From Myxococcales bacterium (GTDB taxonomy: Bacteria > Myxococcota_A > Polyangia > Polyangiales > DASUME01): a stretch of DNA of 64,000 nucleotides. The notes under the pieces were generated by a model that was given only the letters and a program-made list of their open reading frames with translations, made no database searches and was not told the DNA's origin. This document shows, one piece after another, positions 1 through 12,461 of the stretch. The translations under genes were made by a program, and so were the position numbers. The stretch spans positions 2,368,001 to 2,432,000 of the forward strand of contig JASGJH010000001.1 in the NCBI GenBank assembly GCA_047601445.1. The letters run 5' to 3'. The stretch's first letter is position 1. Every line of letters begins with the position of its first letter.

Positions 1-518
1 AGGAGCTCGATGCCGTTCTGGTAGGCCTCCTGGCTGAGCTCCCCGTGGAAGCGCGCGACCACGTCGCGATACATGGCCCGCTCAGCCGGCGATAGCTGCT
101 CCTTGTTGAGCTCGTTCCAGCGCTCGATAGCCTCGGCGCGCTGCTTCTGCTTCACCAACTCGTAGAACTGCACGGCCTTGGCTTCGGCCTGGGTGCGCTT
201 CTCGGCCCGCCGCATCTCCTCGTCGACCGCCCCGCGCAGGCGCTTGACCTCCTGGGCCAGGTTCTCCTTCTCGACCTCCATCTCGCGGATGCTCACGTCG
301 AGCAGGAGTCGGAAGCCGAATAGGCAGGCCGCCCCGAGCAGGGCGTAGGCGAGCACCGAGTTCCACCATGTGCGCCGCTCGTGAGAGGCCTGACGCTTGG
401 CGATCGCCTTGATGTCCGCGCCGAGGGCATTGGTGAGGTTGTTGGTCTTGATGATCAGACCGCGCGACTCGATGATCTCCTTTTTGATCTCGCGGATCTC
501 TTCGTCAACCTCACGCAT
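1..518 (-). CDS. Partial membrane-anchored coiled-coil/helical protein (runs off window start)
   Basis: Not in ORF track. Manual translation from ATG 518: MREVDEEIREIKKEIIESRGLIIKTNNLTNALGADIKAIAKRQ...WWNSVLAYALLGAACLFGF (TM)..., open to position 1, GC3-rich codons. Confidence 0.8.
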   Translation of the reverse strand, partial: MREVDEEIREIKKEIIESRGLIIKTNNLTNALGADIKAIAKRQASHERRTWWNSVLAYALLGAACLFGFRLLLDVSIREMEVEKENLAQEVKRLRGAVDEEMRRAEKRTQAEAKAVQFYELVKQKQRAEAIERWNELNKEQLSPAERAMYRDVVARFHGELSQEAYQNGIEL

Positions 519-599
519 GGCCGGCCGTGCATACCCAAGCAAGCAACGGTGTGCAAGGCCTTGACCCGACTGGGCCCCCGTCCCAACCTCGCGACCCCG

Positions 600-1184
600 A
601 TGCCCCCCTCCCCTGACGACCGCTGCCGCGCCAGCCAAAATCAGGGCCCGCCTGCGTCAGTTCACAGGGGGTTCACGCGACCTCCCCGCCCGTCGTGGCC
701 AAGCCGCGCCGGGACGCACCCCGCCGCGAGGTTCGCTTCGCTCACGCGATGGTGCCCGCTCTATCACCTGTGGGCCCGGGCGCTGTGTGGGGCCGTGCTC
801 CTGGGCGGGTGCGTGCAGGCGAGCCAGATCTACCCCCTCGAAAGCAGGCAGGGTGGCGGGTCAACACCGCGTGGGAGCGTGCAAATCGAGCGGATCGAGG
901 GCGACCAGCGCTTGCTTGCCCTGCGCCTCGAGGGGCTCGCCCCTCCCGAATCCTGGGGGCCGGACTGTGCCGTCTTCGTGGCCTGGGCCGAAGATTCGCG
1001 AGGGCGTACGGTCAAAGTGGGCGCCCTGAGCTACGATCGCGCGCAACGGGCGGCTACCCTACTCGGTGCCGTCCAGGGCATAGATTTCCAAGCGTTCACC
1101 GTGAAGGTCACGGCGGAGCGTGAGGCCGGGGCAAGATTGCCTGGCCAAGTGCTGCTGAGCGAACGCCGTGTGATGAACCAGTGA
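600..1184 (+). CDS. Putative lipoprotein with RskA C-terminal-like beta domain (start uncertain, may be later)
   Basis: Lipobox VLLGGC, then LEGLAPP..FVAW..VKVGAL..FTVKVTAE. Confidence 0.55.
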   Translation: MPPSPDDRCRASQNQGPPASVHRGFTRPPRPSWPSRAGTHPAARFASLTRWCPLYHLWARALCGAVLLGGCVQASQIYPLESRQGGGSTPRGSVQIERIEGDQRLLALRLEGLAPPESWGPDCAVFVAWAEDSRGRTVKVGALSYDRAQRAATLLGAVQGIDFQAFTVKVTAEREAGARLPGQVLLSERRVMNQ

Positions 1185-1251
1185 ACGGCGACAGAATAAC
1201 GGGACTGCCGAGCGCGCGACGGCGCGTGAGCAAAGATAAGGATCGAGTGCG

Positions 1252-1821
1252 ATGTTAGAAACCTCGGATATCCGCAAGGGCACCAAAGTTCAGTTCGATG
1301 GCGTGCCGTTCGAAGTCGTCTACTTCCAGTTCGTGAAGCCCGGCAAGGGCCAGGCCTTCACGCGCACCAAGCTGCGCAACATGATGACGGGTGCGGTGAT
1401 CGAGCGCACCTTCAAGAGCGGTGAAAAGCTGGAGAAGGCGGACCTCGAGGAGCGGCAGATGCAGTACCTCTACCCCGAGGACAGCTTCTACGTGTTCATG
1501 GATACGGCCAGCTACGAACAGCTGCGCCTCACCGAAGAACAGCTCGGCGACAACAAGTACTACCTCTCCGACGGCCTGATGTGCGACGTGCTCATCTACA
1601 ATGAGCGCCCCATCGGCCTCACGCCCCCGAACTTCGTCGAATTTGAAATCACCGAGACCGAGCCTGGCTTCAAGGGCGACACCTCCGGCGGCACCACGAA
1701 GTTCGCCAAGATCATCACGGGCCTGGAGATCCAGGTGCCGCTCTTCATCGAACAGGGTGAGCGCGTGCGCATCGACACCCGCACCGGCGACTACGTCGAG
1801 CGCGCCTCCGTCAAGCGCTGA
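1252..1821 (+). CDS. efp: Elongation factor P
   Basis: VKPGKGQAFTRTKL loop (Lys type), EPGFKGDT, VPLFIEQGERVRIDTRTGDYVER. Confidence 0.98.
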   Translation: MLETSDIRKGTKVQFDGVPFEVVYFQFVKPGKGQAFTRTKLRNMMTGAVIERTFKSGEKLEKADLEERQMQYLYPEDSFYVFMDTASYEQLRLTEEQLGDNKYYLSDGLMCDVLIYNERPIGLTPPNFVEFEITETEPGFKGDTSGGTTKFAKIITGLEIQVPLFIEQGERVRIDTRTGDYVERASVKR

Positions 1822-1822
1822 T

Positions 1823-3041
1823 ATGAGGGTCCGGATCGGTGAGCTCGCCCAGCACGCGCTGAGCTCCCTGGTCCGCGTGGCCGGCCGCATCGTTTCCAGC
1901 AACGGTAGCGAAGCAGTCTTGGCGGACGAGAGCGGCAGCGTGCCTTTGACCGGCAACGAGCTGCCCCCCGAGCTTTCCCTGGTAGAACTGACCGGCATCT
2001 GGACCGGCAGCGAAGTCCGCGTGGGCACGCTCGATCTCCGCCTCCACGCCGCAGGCTTTTGGCCACCTCGGGGAGTCCGAGTGGTGGGCGCTAGCGCGCG
2101 ACCGGAATCAAAAGCGCGAGCGCCTGCGGGCGCGTTCCCGCGTGCTCCGGTGGACCCGCGAGTTCTTCGAGGCCCGAGGTTTTCTGGAGGTGGAGACCCC
2201 GCTGGTCGTGCCGAGTCCTGGGCTCGACGTGCACCTGGATGCCATGTCGGTGACGACGCGGGTCGGCGAGCGCTTCCTCATCACGAGCCCCGAGTACCAG
2301 ATGAAGCGCCTGTTGAGCGGGGGCCTGGAGCGCATCTTCCAGCTCTGCAAGTGCTTCCGCAACGACGAGCTCGGAGAGCGTCATCAACCCGAGTTCAGCA
2401 TGCTCGAGTGGTACCGGGCCTACGCCAGCGTGGACGACGTGATGGGCGACACCGAGCAGTTGGTAGCCACGGTGGCGAGGAAGCTGGCGGGCACGGGAGC
2501 CCACGAGCGCGCAGAGCTGCGCACCGCCTGGGGCCCGGTCGACGTGACACCCCCGTGGCCTCGCCTCACGGTGCGGGAGGCCCTGGCGCGCTACGCGGGC
2601 GCGCGCATGGAGGACGTGGTCACCGACGAAGAGCGTTTCTACAGCTTGCTGCTGGAGCGGGTGGAGCCGGCGCTGACCGAGCTGGGGGCCGTGTTTCTCA
2701 CCGAGTATCCCGCGAGCATGGCCTCCCTGGCGCGCAAGAAGCCGGAAGACCCCAGCGTGGCCGAACGCTTCGAGGCCTACGTGGCCGGCATCGAGCTGTG
2801 CAATGGATTCGGGGAGCTCACGGACGCCCGGGAACAACGAACGCGCCTGGAGCTCGACCAGGCAGAGCGCGTACGCCGCGGGCTGCCCGTGTATCCAATC
2901 GACGAACGCTTTCTTTCGGCTCTCGAACAGGGCATGCCGCCGAGCGGTGGAAACGCCCTGGGCCTCGATCGACTGGTGATGTTGGCGCTCGGAGCCGCGC
3001 ACATCGAGGACGTGCTCGCGGTCCCTGGTAGCCGCCTGTAG
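1823..3041 (+). CDS. epmA: EF-P lysine aminoacylase EpmA/GenX with N-terminal extension; +1 frameshift at T-run 2057-2060
   Basis: FLEVETP, LITSPEYQMKRLL, FRNDE..HQPEFSMLEWY, ELCNGFGEL, GNALGLDRL; adjacent to efp. Removing one T joins ATG 1823 to the catalytic frame. Confidence 0.9.
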
Positions 3042-5408
<2,367 letters not shown>

Positions 5409-5430
5409 ACCTCTGAACGAGCTCGCGTCC

Positions 5431-6510
5431 CTAGGGCGTCGTCGCTTCAGGCGGCGCGCCGGGCGCGGGCTCGTTGGACTTCGTCTCCGGCGCGTCTACT
5501 CCAGGCTCGCTTGGTGCGGTTGGTTGCGCGGCGGGCGCGGGCTCGGCCTTCGCTCTGGCGGAGAGCCCGAAGTTGTGTGCCGCAGCCTGCCTCTGCGCTT
5601 CGAGTGTCTCGAAGGCCTGGCGGGACTTGTCGAGCTCGAGCAGCGCACTCGCATGATGGGGCTGGGGATTCAACCGCTGCGCCCACGCCAGCGCGCGATG
5701 GGCCGCGGCGTAGGCCTCCGCCGTGAGCCCTTGCGGTCCCGGGGCCGCCCAGCGCGCGAGTCCGAGGTTGTACCAAACGCGCGCCTGGACGTCGGACCTC
5801 TGCCCCCCGAGCTGCTTGGCGGCCAGCTCGAGATGCTCCCGTCCTTGCACCCAGTCGCCCTTCGCGATCAGCGCGAGAGCCCGCTCGACCTCGGACATGC
5901 TGCGCTCATGGTAGAGCTCGAAACGCGGGCGCACCCGCAACACGTCCACCGCCCGCTCGAGCTCCACGGCCAGCTGCTCCACCGCAGCCTGGCGCAGTGG
6001 CTCCAGGTGGTCGCCGAGCACGCTCTGCTCGAAGCGCTCCTGCTGCAGCACGCGCGCCGTGGGACCTTCGTACACGGTCAAGTCGGCGTGCGCGTTGACC
6101 TGGATGGCCGTGACCATGTAGCTCTGAAAGTTGGTGGTGCAGCCGTAGTAGCCGCAGTACTGCGTCGGCATGCTGTCCCAATAGCGCTGCACGTTGTCCT
6201 CCGCTGACGCGCGCAAGAACAACACCGCCGTGGTGCCCGCAATGTGCCCTGCTTCGCGGGCCGGCTCGAGCTCGGCGGTCTGCACGCGACGCACCTCCCT
6301 GCGACCGTCCTGCGCCAGATGGGCCGCCAGCCGATCGAGCAGATAGTTCTCGAGCTGGTTCTCGCCGCCCGCCACCCAGATGCTCGGAAATACGCGCACG
6401 GGCACCTTGGCGGGCAGCATCAGTGCGGCACGTGCGGTCATGGTGCTCGGGCAACCGCCGAGCAAGAGCAAGCACGCGAGCGCCCACAGGCAGCCCGACG
6501 CCGCGCGCAC
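5431..6510 (-). CDS. Lipoprotein with C-terminal TPR-like helices
   Basis: Lipobox LLLLGGC; ARVWYNLGLA TPR-like motif; Pro/Ala tail; start uncertain. Confidence 0.65.
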   Translation of the reverse strand: MRAASGCLWALACLLLLGGCPSTMTARAALMLPAKVPVRVFPSIWVAGGENQLENYLLDRLAAHLAQDGRREVRRVQTAELEPAREAGHIAGTTAVLFLRASAEDNVQRYWDSMPTQYCGYYGCTTNFQSYMVTAIQVNAHADLTVYEGPTARVLQQERFEQSVLGDHLEPLRQAAVEQLAVELERAVDVLRVRPRFELYHERSMSEVERALALIAKGDWVQGREHLELAAKQLGGQRSDVQARVWYNLGLARWAAPGPQGLTAEAYAAAHRALAWAQRLNPQPHHASALLELDKSRQAFETLEAQRQAAAHNFGLSARAKAEPAPAAQPTAPSEPGVDAPETKSNEPAPGAPPEATTP

Positions 6511-6574
6511 GCCTCTCGCGTAGGAACCAACGTCCTTCGCTAGGACTCCGCTGCGTGAGGAATTGAGCGGCGCT

Positions 6575-7375
6575 CTAACGACTGCTTTCCGCCCCACGCA
6601 GGGCCTCCTTCGCTTCTTTCCAGAGTGCGTCCAGTTCGTCGAACGGCAACTCAGCAGGGTTCACACCGCGCGCCCGGGTCGCCTGCTCCACGAAACGCAC
6701 GCGCTGCCCGAAGCGCTCCAGCGTGCGGCGCAGGGCGGCCTCCGGGTCCACCGACAGCTTGCGCGCGAGGCTCACCACGGCGAACAGCACATCGCCCAGC
6801 TCGGACTCGATCTCGGCGGCCTGACCTGCTTGCACGGCTTGATCGAACTCGGCGAGCTCTTCATCGAGCTTTTCCCGCGGGCCCGCCAGATCGTTCCAGT
6901 CGAGGCCCAGGTGCGCCGCCTTCTCGCCCATGCGCTGGGCACGCAGCAGGGCCGGCATCGCCACCGGCACGCCGTCGAGGACGCCGCGGTCCTTCTTCTC
7001 CTTGGCCTTCAGCTGCTCCCAGCGAGAGAGCACGGCCGCGCTGTCCGCTGCGCGCTCGTCGCCGAACACGTGGGGATGCCGCCGCACCATCTTGTCGCAG
7101 ATGGCGCCCACTACGTCGTCGATGCCGAAGTGCTCCCCGGCCAGCTCACTCTGGAACACGATCTGGAGCAGCAAATCGCCCAGCTCCTCGCGCAGATTGG
7201 GCATGTCCTTGCGATCGATGGCGTCGACCACCTCGTGGGCCTCCTCGATCACGTAGGGACGCAGGGTCTCGAGCGTCTGCTCGCGATCCCAGGGGCAACC
7301 GTCCGGGCTCAACAGGCGGCGCATGATTCGGACGAGTTCGGGCAGACGTTCGCCGGTTTGGCGGGGCTCGCTCAT
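6575..7375 (-). CDS. mazG: Nucleoside triphosphate pyrophosphohydrolase MazG
   Basis: GCPWDREQT, EEAHEV, EELGDLLLQIVF, KMVRRHPHVFG, second ELGDVLF domain. Confidence 0.95.
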   Translation of the reverse strand: MSEPRQTGERLPELVRIMRRLLSPDGCPWDREQTLETLRPYVIEEAHEVVDAIDRKDMPNLREELGDLLLQIVFQSELAGEHFGIDDVVGAICDKMVRRHPHVFGDERAADSAAVLSRWEQLKAKEKKDRGVLDGVPVAMPALLRAQRMGEKAAHLGLDWNDLAGPREKLDEELAEFDQAVQAGQAAEIESELGDVLFAVVSLARKLSVDPEAALRRTLERFGQRVRFVEQATRARGVNPAELPFDELDALWKEAKEALRGAESSR

Positions 7376-7451
7376 GCCTGCATCTTGGCCAAGCCCGACC
7401 CGATGTCGAGGGCTGCTTGTCCCCCAGCCTGGGGCGTGATACCGCGCGCTG

Positions 7452-8453
7452 GTGCTGCTTTCGGAAATTCGTGGGCAGAATCCCGTAATTCGCGCACTCA
7501 CGCGGGCGCTTTCGGGCGACCGCCTGCCCAACGCCTACCTTTTTCAGGGACCGAGCGGGGTCGGCAAGGAGCGCACCGCGATCGCCCTGGCCAAGGCGCG
7601 CTTGTGCCCGGCAACCCCGGGTCGCGGCTGCGGCCGCTGCTCGACCTGCACACGCATCGACGCTGGCAACCACCCCGACGTGCGCGTGTTCCGCCCGCGC
7701 GCCGAGGGAGCGCGCAACCTCCAGGTCGAGACCGTGCGCCAGGACATCCTGCCGGTCGCGCTGTACGCACCCTTCGAGGGCTCGAGCACCTTCTTGATCT
7801 TCCCCGAGGCCGACGTGTCGTTCCCGGACCAGCATCCGGAGGCCGCCAACGCCCTGCTGAAGACCCTGGAGGAGCCGCGGCCGAACGTGTGCTTCGTGCT
7901 GCTCTCGGAGCGCCCGGACCGCCTGCTCATCACCATCCGGTCGCGTTGCCAGCGCATGCGCTTCGCGCGCCTACCGCCGCTGGTGCTGGAGCACGTGCTC
8001 GAGACCGAGGGGGTGCCCAAGGAGCACTGGGAAGCAGCGCTCGCCATGGCCGATGGGCGCGCCGACCGTGCCCTGACCTTCGCCAAGGACGGCTTCGCCA
8101 ACCACCTGCTCGAGCACGCCATTCGCATCGACCAGCGCGTCGAACGCGGGGAACCCGGGCGCCTGGTGGAGCTGTCGGAGGAGCTCACCAAAAACGAGGA
8201 CATGCTGTTGATCCTCGAGACCTTGGCCCTGTTCTATCGTGACGTGGCCGCCAGCGCGCTCGAGGTGGAGCCGCACCAGCTGTGCTTTCGCGCGCACAAG
8301 GAGCAGATCGACGCCTGCGCCAAGCGCATTGGGGCGGGTCGAGCGGCCGCCCGCGCGCGCCGCCTGGCCGAGTTGCCCGAGCTGCTTGCGCGCAACGCCA
8401 ACCCGCAGATTACCCTGGACCACTTGCTTCTCGAGCTGCAGCGCGCCTCGTGA
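7452..8453 (+). CDS. holB: DNA polymerase III delta' subunit
   Basis: AYLFQGPSGVGK, CGRCSTC Zn motif, HPD, AANALLKTLEEP, TIRSRC. Confidence 0.92.
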   Translation: MLLSEIRGQNPVIRALTRALSGDRLPNAYLFQGPSGVGKERTAIALAKARLCPATPGRGCGRCSTCTRIDAGNHPDVRVFRPRAEGARNLQVETVRQDILPVALYAPFEGSSTFLIFPEADVSFPDQHPEAANALLKTLEEPRPNVCFVLLSERPDRLLITIRSRCQRMRFARLPPLVLEHVLETEGVPKEHWEAALAMADGRADRALTFAKDGFANHLLEHAIRIDQRVERGEPGRLVELSEELTKNEDMLLILETLALFYRDVAASALEVEPHQLCFRAHKEQIDACAKRIGAGRAAARARRLAELPELLARNANPQITLDHLLLELQRAS

Positions 8454-8470
8454 GCTAACCTGGTCACCTC

Positions 8471-10498
8471 ATGTCTGCGTTCTACGTCACCACGCCCATC
8501 TACTACGTGAATGATCGGCCCCACATCGGGACCGCCTATTCCACCATCGCCGCCGACGTGCTGGCTCGCTATCACCGCTTGCGCGGGGAGCCGACGCGCT
8601 TCTTGACCGGCGTCGACGAGCACGGACAGAAGCTCGAGCGGCGCGCGAAAGAAATGGGCATGGCGCCCCAGGCCTACGTGGACAGCATGACCCCGCCCTT
8701 CATCGAGGCCTGGCGGGCCCTGTCCTGCAACTATGACGACTTCATCCGCACCACCGACGCGCGCCACAAGGAGCGCGCCCAGGAGTTGTGGCGTCGCTGC
8801 GTGGCGTCGGGTGACATCTACGAGGACGACTACGAGGGCCTCTACTGCGTGGGCTGCGAGGCCTATTACACGGACAAAGACCTGCTCGAGGGCAACCTGT
8901 GCCCCATCCACAAACGCCCGGTGGAGGTGCTCAAGGAGCGCACCTACTTCTTCCGGCTCAGCGCCTATACCGACAAGCTGCTCGCGTTCTACGAGAAGCA
9001 CCCGAAGTTCGTACAGCCGGAGGGGCGCTTCAACGAAGTGAAGAGCTTCGTGAAGGAGGGCCTCAAGGACCTGTCGCTCTCGCGCGGTAGCTTCAGCTGG
9101 GGCATCCCGGTGCCGAACAAGCCGGAGCACGTGATCTACGTCTGGTTCGACGCGCTCACCAACTACATGAGCGCGCTCGGCGGGCCGGAAAAGAGCGGGG
9201 AAACCAGCGAGCTCTACCGGCAGTTCTGGGCGCCCCAGGCGCGCGTGGTGCACATCGTGGGCAAGGACATCTTGCGCTTCCACGCGGTGTATTGGCCCGC
9301 CTTCTTGATGAGCGCGGGCATCGAGCCACCGACCCAGGTGTGGGCCCATGGCTGGCTCACCGTGGACGGTCAGAAGATGTCCAAGAGCCTCGGCAATTTC
9401 ATCCCTCCGGGGCCGCTCGTCGAGGCCGTCGGCGCCGACGTGCTGCGTTACTACCTGATGCGCGACGTGGCGTTCGGGCAGGACGGCGACTTCAGTCACA
9501 CCAACCTGTTCGCTCGCTATCACGGCGAGCTCGGCAACGGGCTGGGCAATCTGCTCAACCGCATCGTCGCGAGCATCGTCAAGAATAGCTTCCAGGGCGT
9601 GGTCCCGAGCGTCGACTCGAGCCAACTCCAGGAGCTGGATCGCGCGCTCATCGCCAAAGCGGAAGAGTGCATGCGCCTGGCAGCGCGCGAGCTCGACGAG
9701 GTGCGGCCCAACCGTGCCCTCGACGCCGTCTGGGAGCTGGTGTCGCTCACCAACAAGTACGTGGACCAGACGGAGCCGTGGAAGCTGGCCAAGCAAGCGG
9801 ACCTGAGCCGGCTCGGGCAGGTGGTTTACACCGTGCTCGAGAGCCTGCGCGCGCTGGCCATCGCGCTGTGGCCGTTCATGCCGGGCAAGTGTGACGAGCT
9901 GTTGGTTCAGCTGGGCCTCGCGCCCATCGAGACCAAGCTCGGTCAGGACCTGTGGCCGCTACGCTGGGGACAGCTCCCGGCCGGCACGCAGACGCGTCCT
10001 GGCAAGGCCCTGTTCCCGCGTTTCGAGCAGGATCAGCAGACCGCGCTGATGGAGCGCCTGCTGCCGAAGGTCGAGAAGATGGAAGAAGCAAAGACCGAGA
10101 AAACCCCCGCCCAAGCCAGCGCCAAGCCCGCAGCCGCCAAGCCCGGGGCTGGCCGTGATCTCGGCGCGAAGCCCGATGCCAACATCGACGACTTCGGTAA
10201 GCTCGACCTGCGCGTCGGCGAGGTGAAGCTGGCGGAGCGCGTGCCCAAGAGCGACAAGCTGCTGCGTCTCGAAGTGGACCTCGGTCCGCTCGGAGTACGC
10301 CAGATTCTCGCCGGCATCGGCAAGCACTACGCGCCGGAAGACCTCGTCGGCAAGCGCATCGCGGTGCTGGCCAACCTGCCACCACGCAAAATGATGGGGC
10401 TCGAGTCCCAGGGCATGGTGCTGGCAGCGGGTGATGGCGAGGTGCTCTCCGTCATGCACCCGCACAAAGACGTGCCGCTCGGCAGCACCATCGCCTGA
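8471..10498 (+). CDS. metG: Methionyl-tRNA synthetase with C-terminal tRNA-binding domain
   Basis: YVTTPIYYVNDRPHIG, GKDILRFH, KMSKS, C-terminal DLRVG..SDKLL..ESQGM. Confidence 0.98.
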   Translation: MSAFYVTTPIYYVNDRPHIGTAYSTIAADVLARYHRLRGEPTRFLTGVDEHGQKLERRAKEMGMAPQAYVDSMTPPFIEAWRALSCNYDDFIRTTDARHKERAQELWRRCVASGDIYEDDYEGLYCVGCEAYYTDKDLLEGNLCPIHKRPVEVLKERTYFFRLSAYTDKLLAFYEKHPKFVQPEGRFNEVKSFVKEGLKDLSLSRGSFSWGIPVPNKPEHVIYVWFDALTNYMSALGGPEKSGETSELYRQFWAPQARVVHIVGKDILRFHAVYWPAFLMSAGIEPPTQVWAHGWLTVDGQKMSKSLGNFIPPGPLVEAVGADVLRYYLMRDVAFGQDGDFSHTNLFARYHGELGNGLGNLLNRIVASIVKNSFQGVVPSVDSSQLQELDRALIAKAEECMRLAARELDEVRPNRALDAVWELVSLTNKYVDQTEPWKLAKQADLSRLGQVVYTVLESLRALAIALWPFMPGKCDELLVQLGLAPIETKLGQDLWPLRWGQLPAGTQTRPGKALFPRFEQDQQTALMERLLPKVEKMEEAKTEKTPAQASAKPAAAKPGAGRDLGAKPDANIDDFGKLDLRVGEVKLAERVPKSDKLLRLEVDLGPLGVRQILAGIGKHYAPEDLVGKRIAVLANLPPRKMMGLESQGMVLAAGDGEVLSVMHPHKDVPLGSTIA

Positions 10499-10507
10499 GC
10501 AAAGCCG

Positions 10508-11581
10508 ATGTTTGGCCTGCCGCCATTGCCACCCCACTTCCACGCCGCCGTGCGTGACGTGGAGGCCAAGCGTCCGGAGTCGCGCATGGCGGCCGCCGAG
10601 CGACTCGGTCGCGCGGAGGGCGAGAACGAGCGCACTGCAGCGCTCGCGGGCCTGGCGCGGTTGGCCAAGGATCCCCACGCGGGCGTGCGCGCCACGGCGC
10701 TGGCGGCGCTCGGCTTGTTGGCTGATGAAGGCCAACTCGAGATCGTGTCGGCAGGGCTGTCGGACCCATTCCCGGAGGTGCGCGAGTTCGCTGCGCTGGC
10801 CCTGGGACAAATCGGCGGCGCGGGCGCCCTCTCCAGCCTGAAGACCGCGCTCCGACACACCAGCCCCGAGGTACGCTTTCACGCCGCCGCTGGCGTGGCG
10901 GAGCTCGATCCGGATCACGCTGCCGCTGCCCTCGTCCCCTTGCTCGATGATCCGGATCCAGACGTGCGCGCGCAGGTGGTGAGCGCGCTGTCGAGCCTCG
11001 ACGAGCCGCATCTCACGGGGCAGCTCGCGCGCGGACTCTCCGACGCGGTGTGGAGCGTTCGACTCGAAGCCGCGTTGGCATTGGCCAGCCACGCAGACTC
11101 GCGGGGCGAGCAGGCGTTGCTCACGGCGCTCGCACGACGCGAGCGCGTCACCGAGGTCATCGCGGCGTTGGTGGAGCTGAAGACAGAGAGCGCCCGCGAA
11201 CCTCTGGCGCAGCTCGCGTCCGCCTGGCTCACGCCGCCTGCCACCCGTGCGAGCGCGGGCGCGGCCCTCGCGCGACTCGGTGATCCCCGGGGCCTATCGG
11301 CCCTGCGTCGCGTGCTTCACGGCCTGCGCTCGGAGGCCCGCAGCTACGCCGTGGAGCTCACGCGCGAGCTGGCCGCGAACGCGGAGCTAGGCGCCGACTT
11401 GGCACGCCTGGCCGACCGCCCGCGCGGTGCCGACCTGCTGGCCCTGGTCGACGCCCTCGCCCACCACGCGGTCCACTCGCCCCCCGCGCGCTCGGCCCTC
11501 GAAAGATTGGCTGCACGAAGCGACGCGGTAGGTCATGCTGCGCGCGAGCTGGTCCAACGGACCGCTTTCGAGCGCGGGTAA
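10508..11581 (+). CDS. HEAT/PBS-lyase-like repeat protein
   Basis: Repeated D.d..VR..A..ALG units. Confidence 0.8.
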   Translation: MFGLPPLPPHFHAAVRDVEAKRPESRMAAAERLGRAEGENERTAALAGLARLAKDPHAGVRATALAALGLLADEGQLEIVSAGLSDPFPEVREFAALALGQIGGAGALSSLKTALRHTSPEVRFHAAAGVAELDPDHAAAALVPLLDDPDPDVRAQVVSALSSLDEPHLTGQLARGLSDAVWSVRLEAALALASHADSRGEQALLTALARRERVTEVIAALVELKTESAREPLAQLASAWLTPPATRASAGAALARLGDPRGLSALRRVLHGLRSEARSYAVELTRELAANAELGADLARLADRPRGADLLALVDALAHHAVHSPPARSALERLAARSDAVGHAARELVQRTAFERG

Positions 11582-11699
11582 GCATCTTTCGCCAGCCCGT
11601 GCGCCGAGAGCGACTCCGAATCACTAGTGAGACGCCAGCTTCTCGCTCTCGAGGCGCCCTGAGTTGCGCTCCGACGGGCACAAACCCAAGCCACCGCCC

Positions 11700-11727
11700 T
11701 TGACGAACTGGCAATTGCCAGTAGATT
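11700..11727 (+). promoter_or_regulatory. sigma70-type promoter of rplC containing a perfect 16-bp palindrome
   Basis: TTGACG(11700-05)-N16-TAGATT(11722-27); ACTGGCAATTGCCAGT at 11707-11722. Confidence 0.6.
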
Positions 11728-11761
11728 TTGCGCCCTCGCGCTGCCTGAGGAACGCCTTTTT

Positions 11762-12424
11762 ATGAATACCAATCTCGGCCTGATCGGCAAAAAGCTCGGA
11801 AATACTCAAATCTTTGACGCCGAAGGCATGGTTCACCGTGTGACCGCCATCGAGTGCGGCCCCTGTGTGGTCCTCGGCAAGCGCACCGCGGAGAAGGACG
11901 GCTACACCGCCGTCATCCTCGGCTTCGGCGAGAAGCGCGAGAAGAGCGTCACCAAGCCGGAAGCCGGCTTCTTCAAGAAGCTCGAGCAGAAGCCCACGCA
12001 GGAAATCCTCGAGTTCCGCATGAGCGCCGAGAACATGGAGAAGTACTCCATCGGTCAGGCACTCAAGCCCTCCGAGTTCTTCGCGGAAGGTCAGCTCGTG
12101 GACGTCTGCGGCACCAGCAAGGGTCGCGGCTTCACCGGCGTCATGCGCCGCCACAACTTCAAGGGTTCGCGCACGTCGACCCACGGTACCCACGAATACC
12201 AGCGTCACGGTGGTGCCATCGGTACCAACATGACCCCCGGTCGCGTGTTCCCCGGTCTGCGCATGCCTGGTCAGCACGGCAATTCCCGCAGCACGGTGCT
12301 CAACCTGCGCGTCGCCAAGGTGCTCGACGAGAGCAACATCGTGCTGGTCGAGGGCGGCGTTCCCGGCTCGCGCAACGGCATCGTGACCGTGCGCGGCGCA
12401 GTGAAGGCCAAGATCAAGGCCTGA
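11762..12424 (+). CDS. rplC: 50S ribosomal protein L3 (stand-alone)
   Basis: GLIGKKLG.TQIF, KDGY, VDVCGTSKGRGF.GV.RRH, TPGRV, LVEGGVPG. Confidence 0.96.
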   Translation: MNTNLGLIGKKLGNTQIFDAEGMVHRVTAIECGPCVVLGKRTAEKDGYTAVILGFGEKREKSVTKPEAGFFKKLEQKPTQEILEFRMSAENMEKYSIGQALKPSEFFAEGQLVDVCGTSKGRGFTGVMRRHNFKGSRTSTHGTHEYQRHGGAIGTNMTPGRVFPGLRMPGQHGNSRSTVLNLRVAKVLDESNIVLVEGGVPGSRNGIVTVRGAVKAKIKA

Positions 12425-12461
12425 GGCCACGGGCTTCGCGCGAGCGGAGCACGAGAGCGCG

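Noticed and set aside
1601..3031. 476-aa ORF overlapping efp and epmA
   Set aside because: Only 1823-2060 looks coding (EpmA N-terminus); the rest is off-frame readthrough
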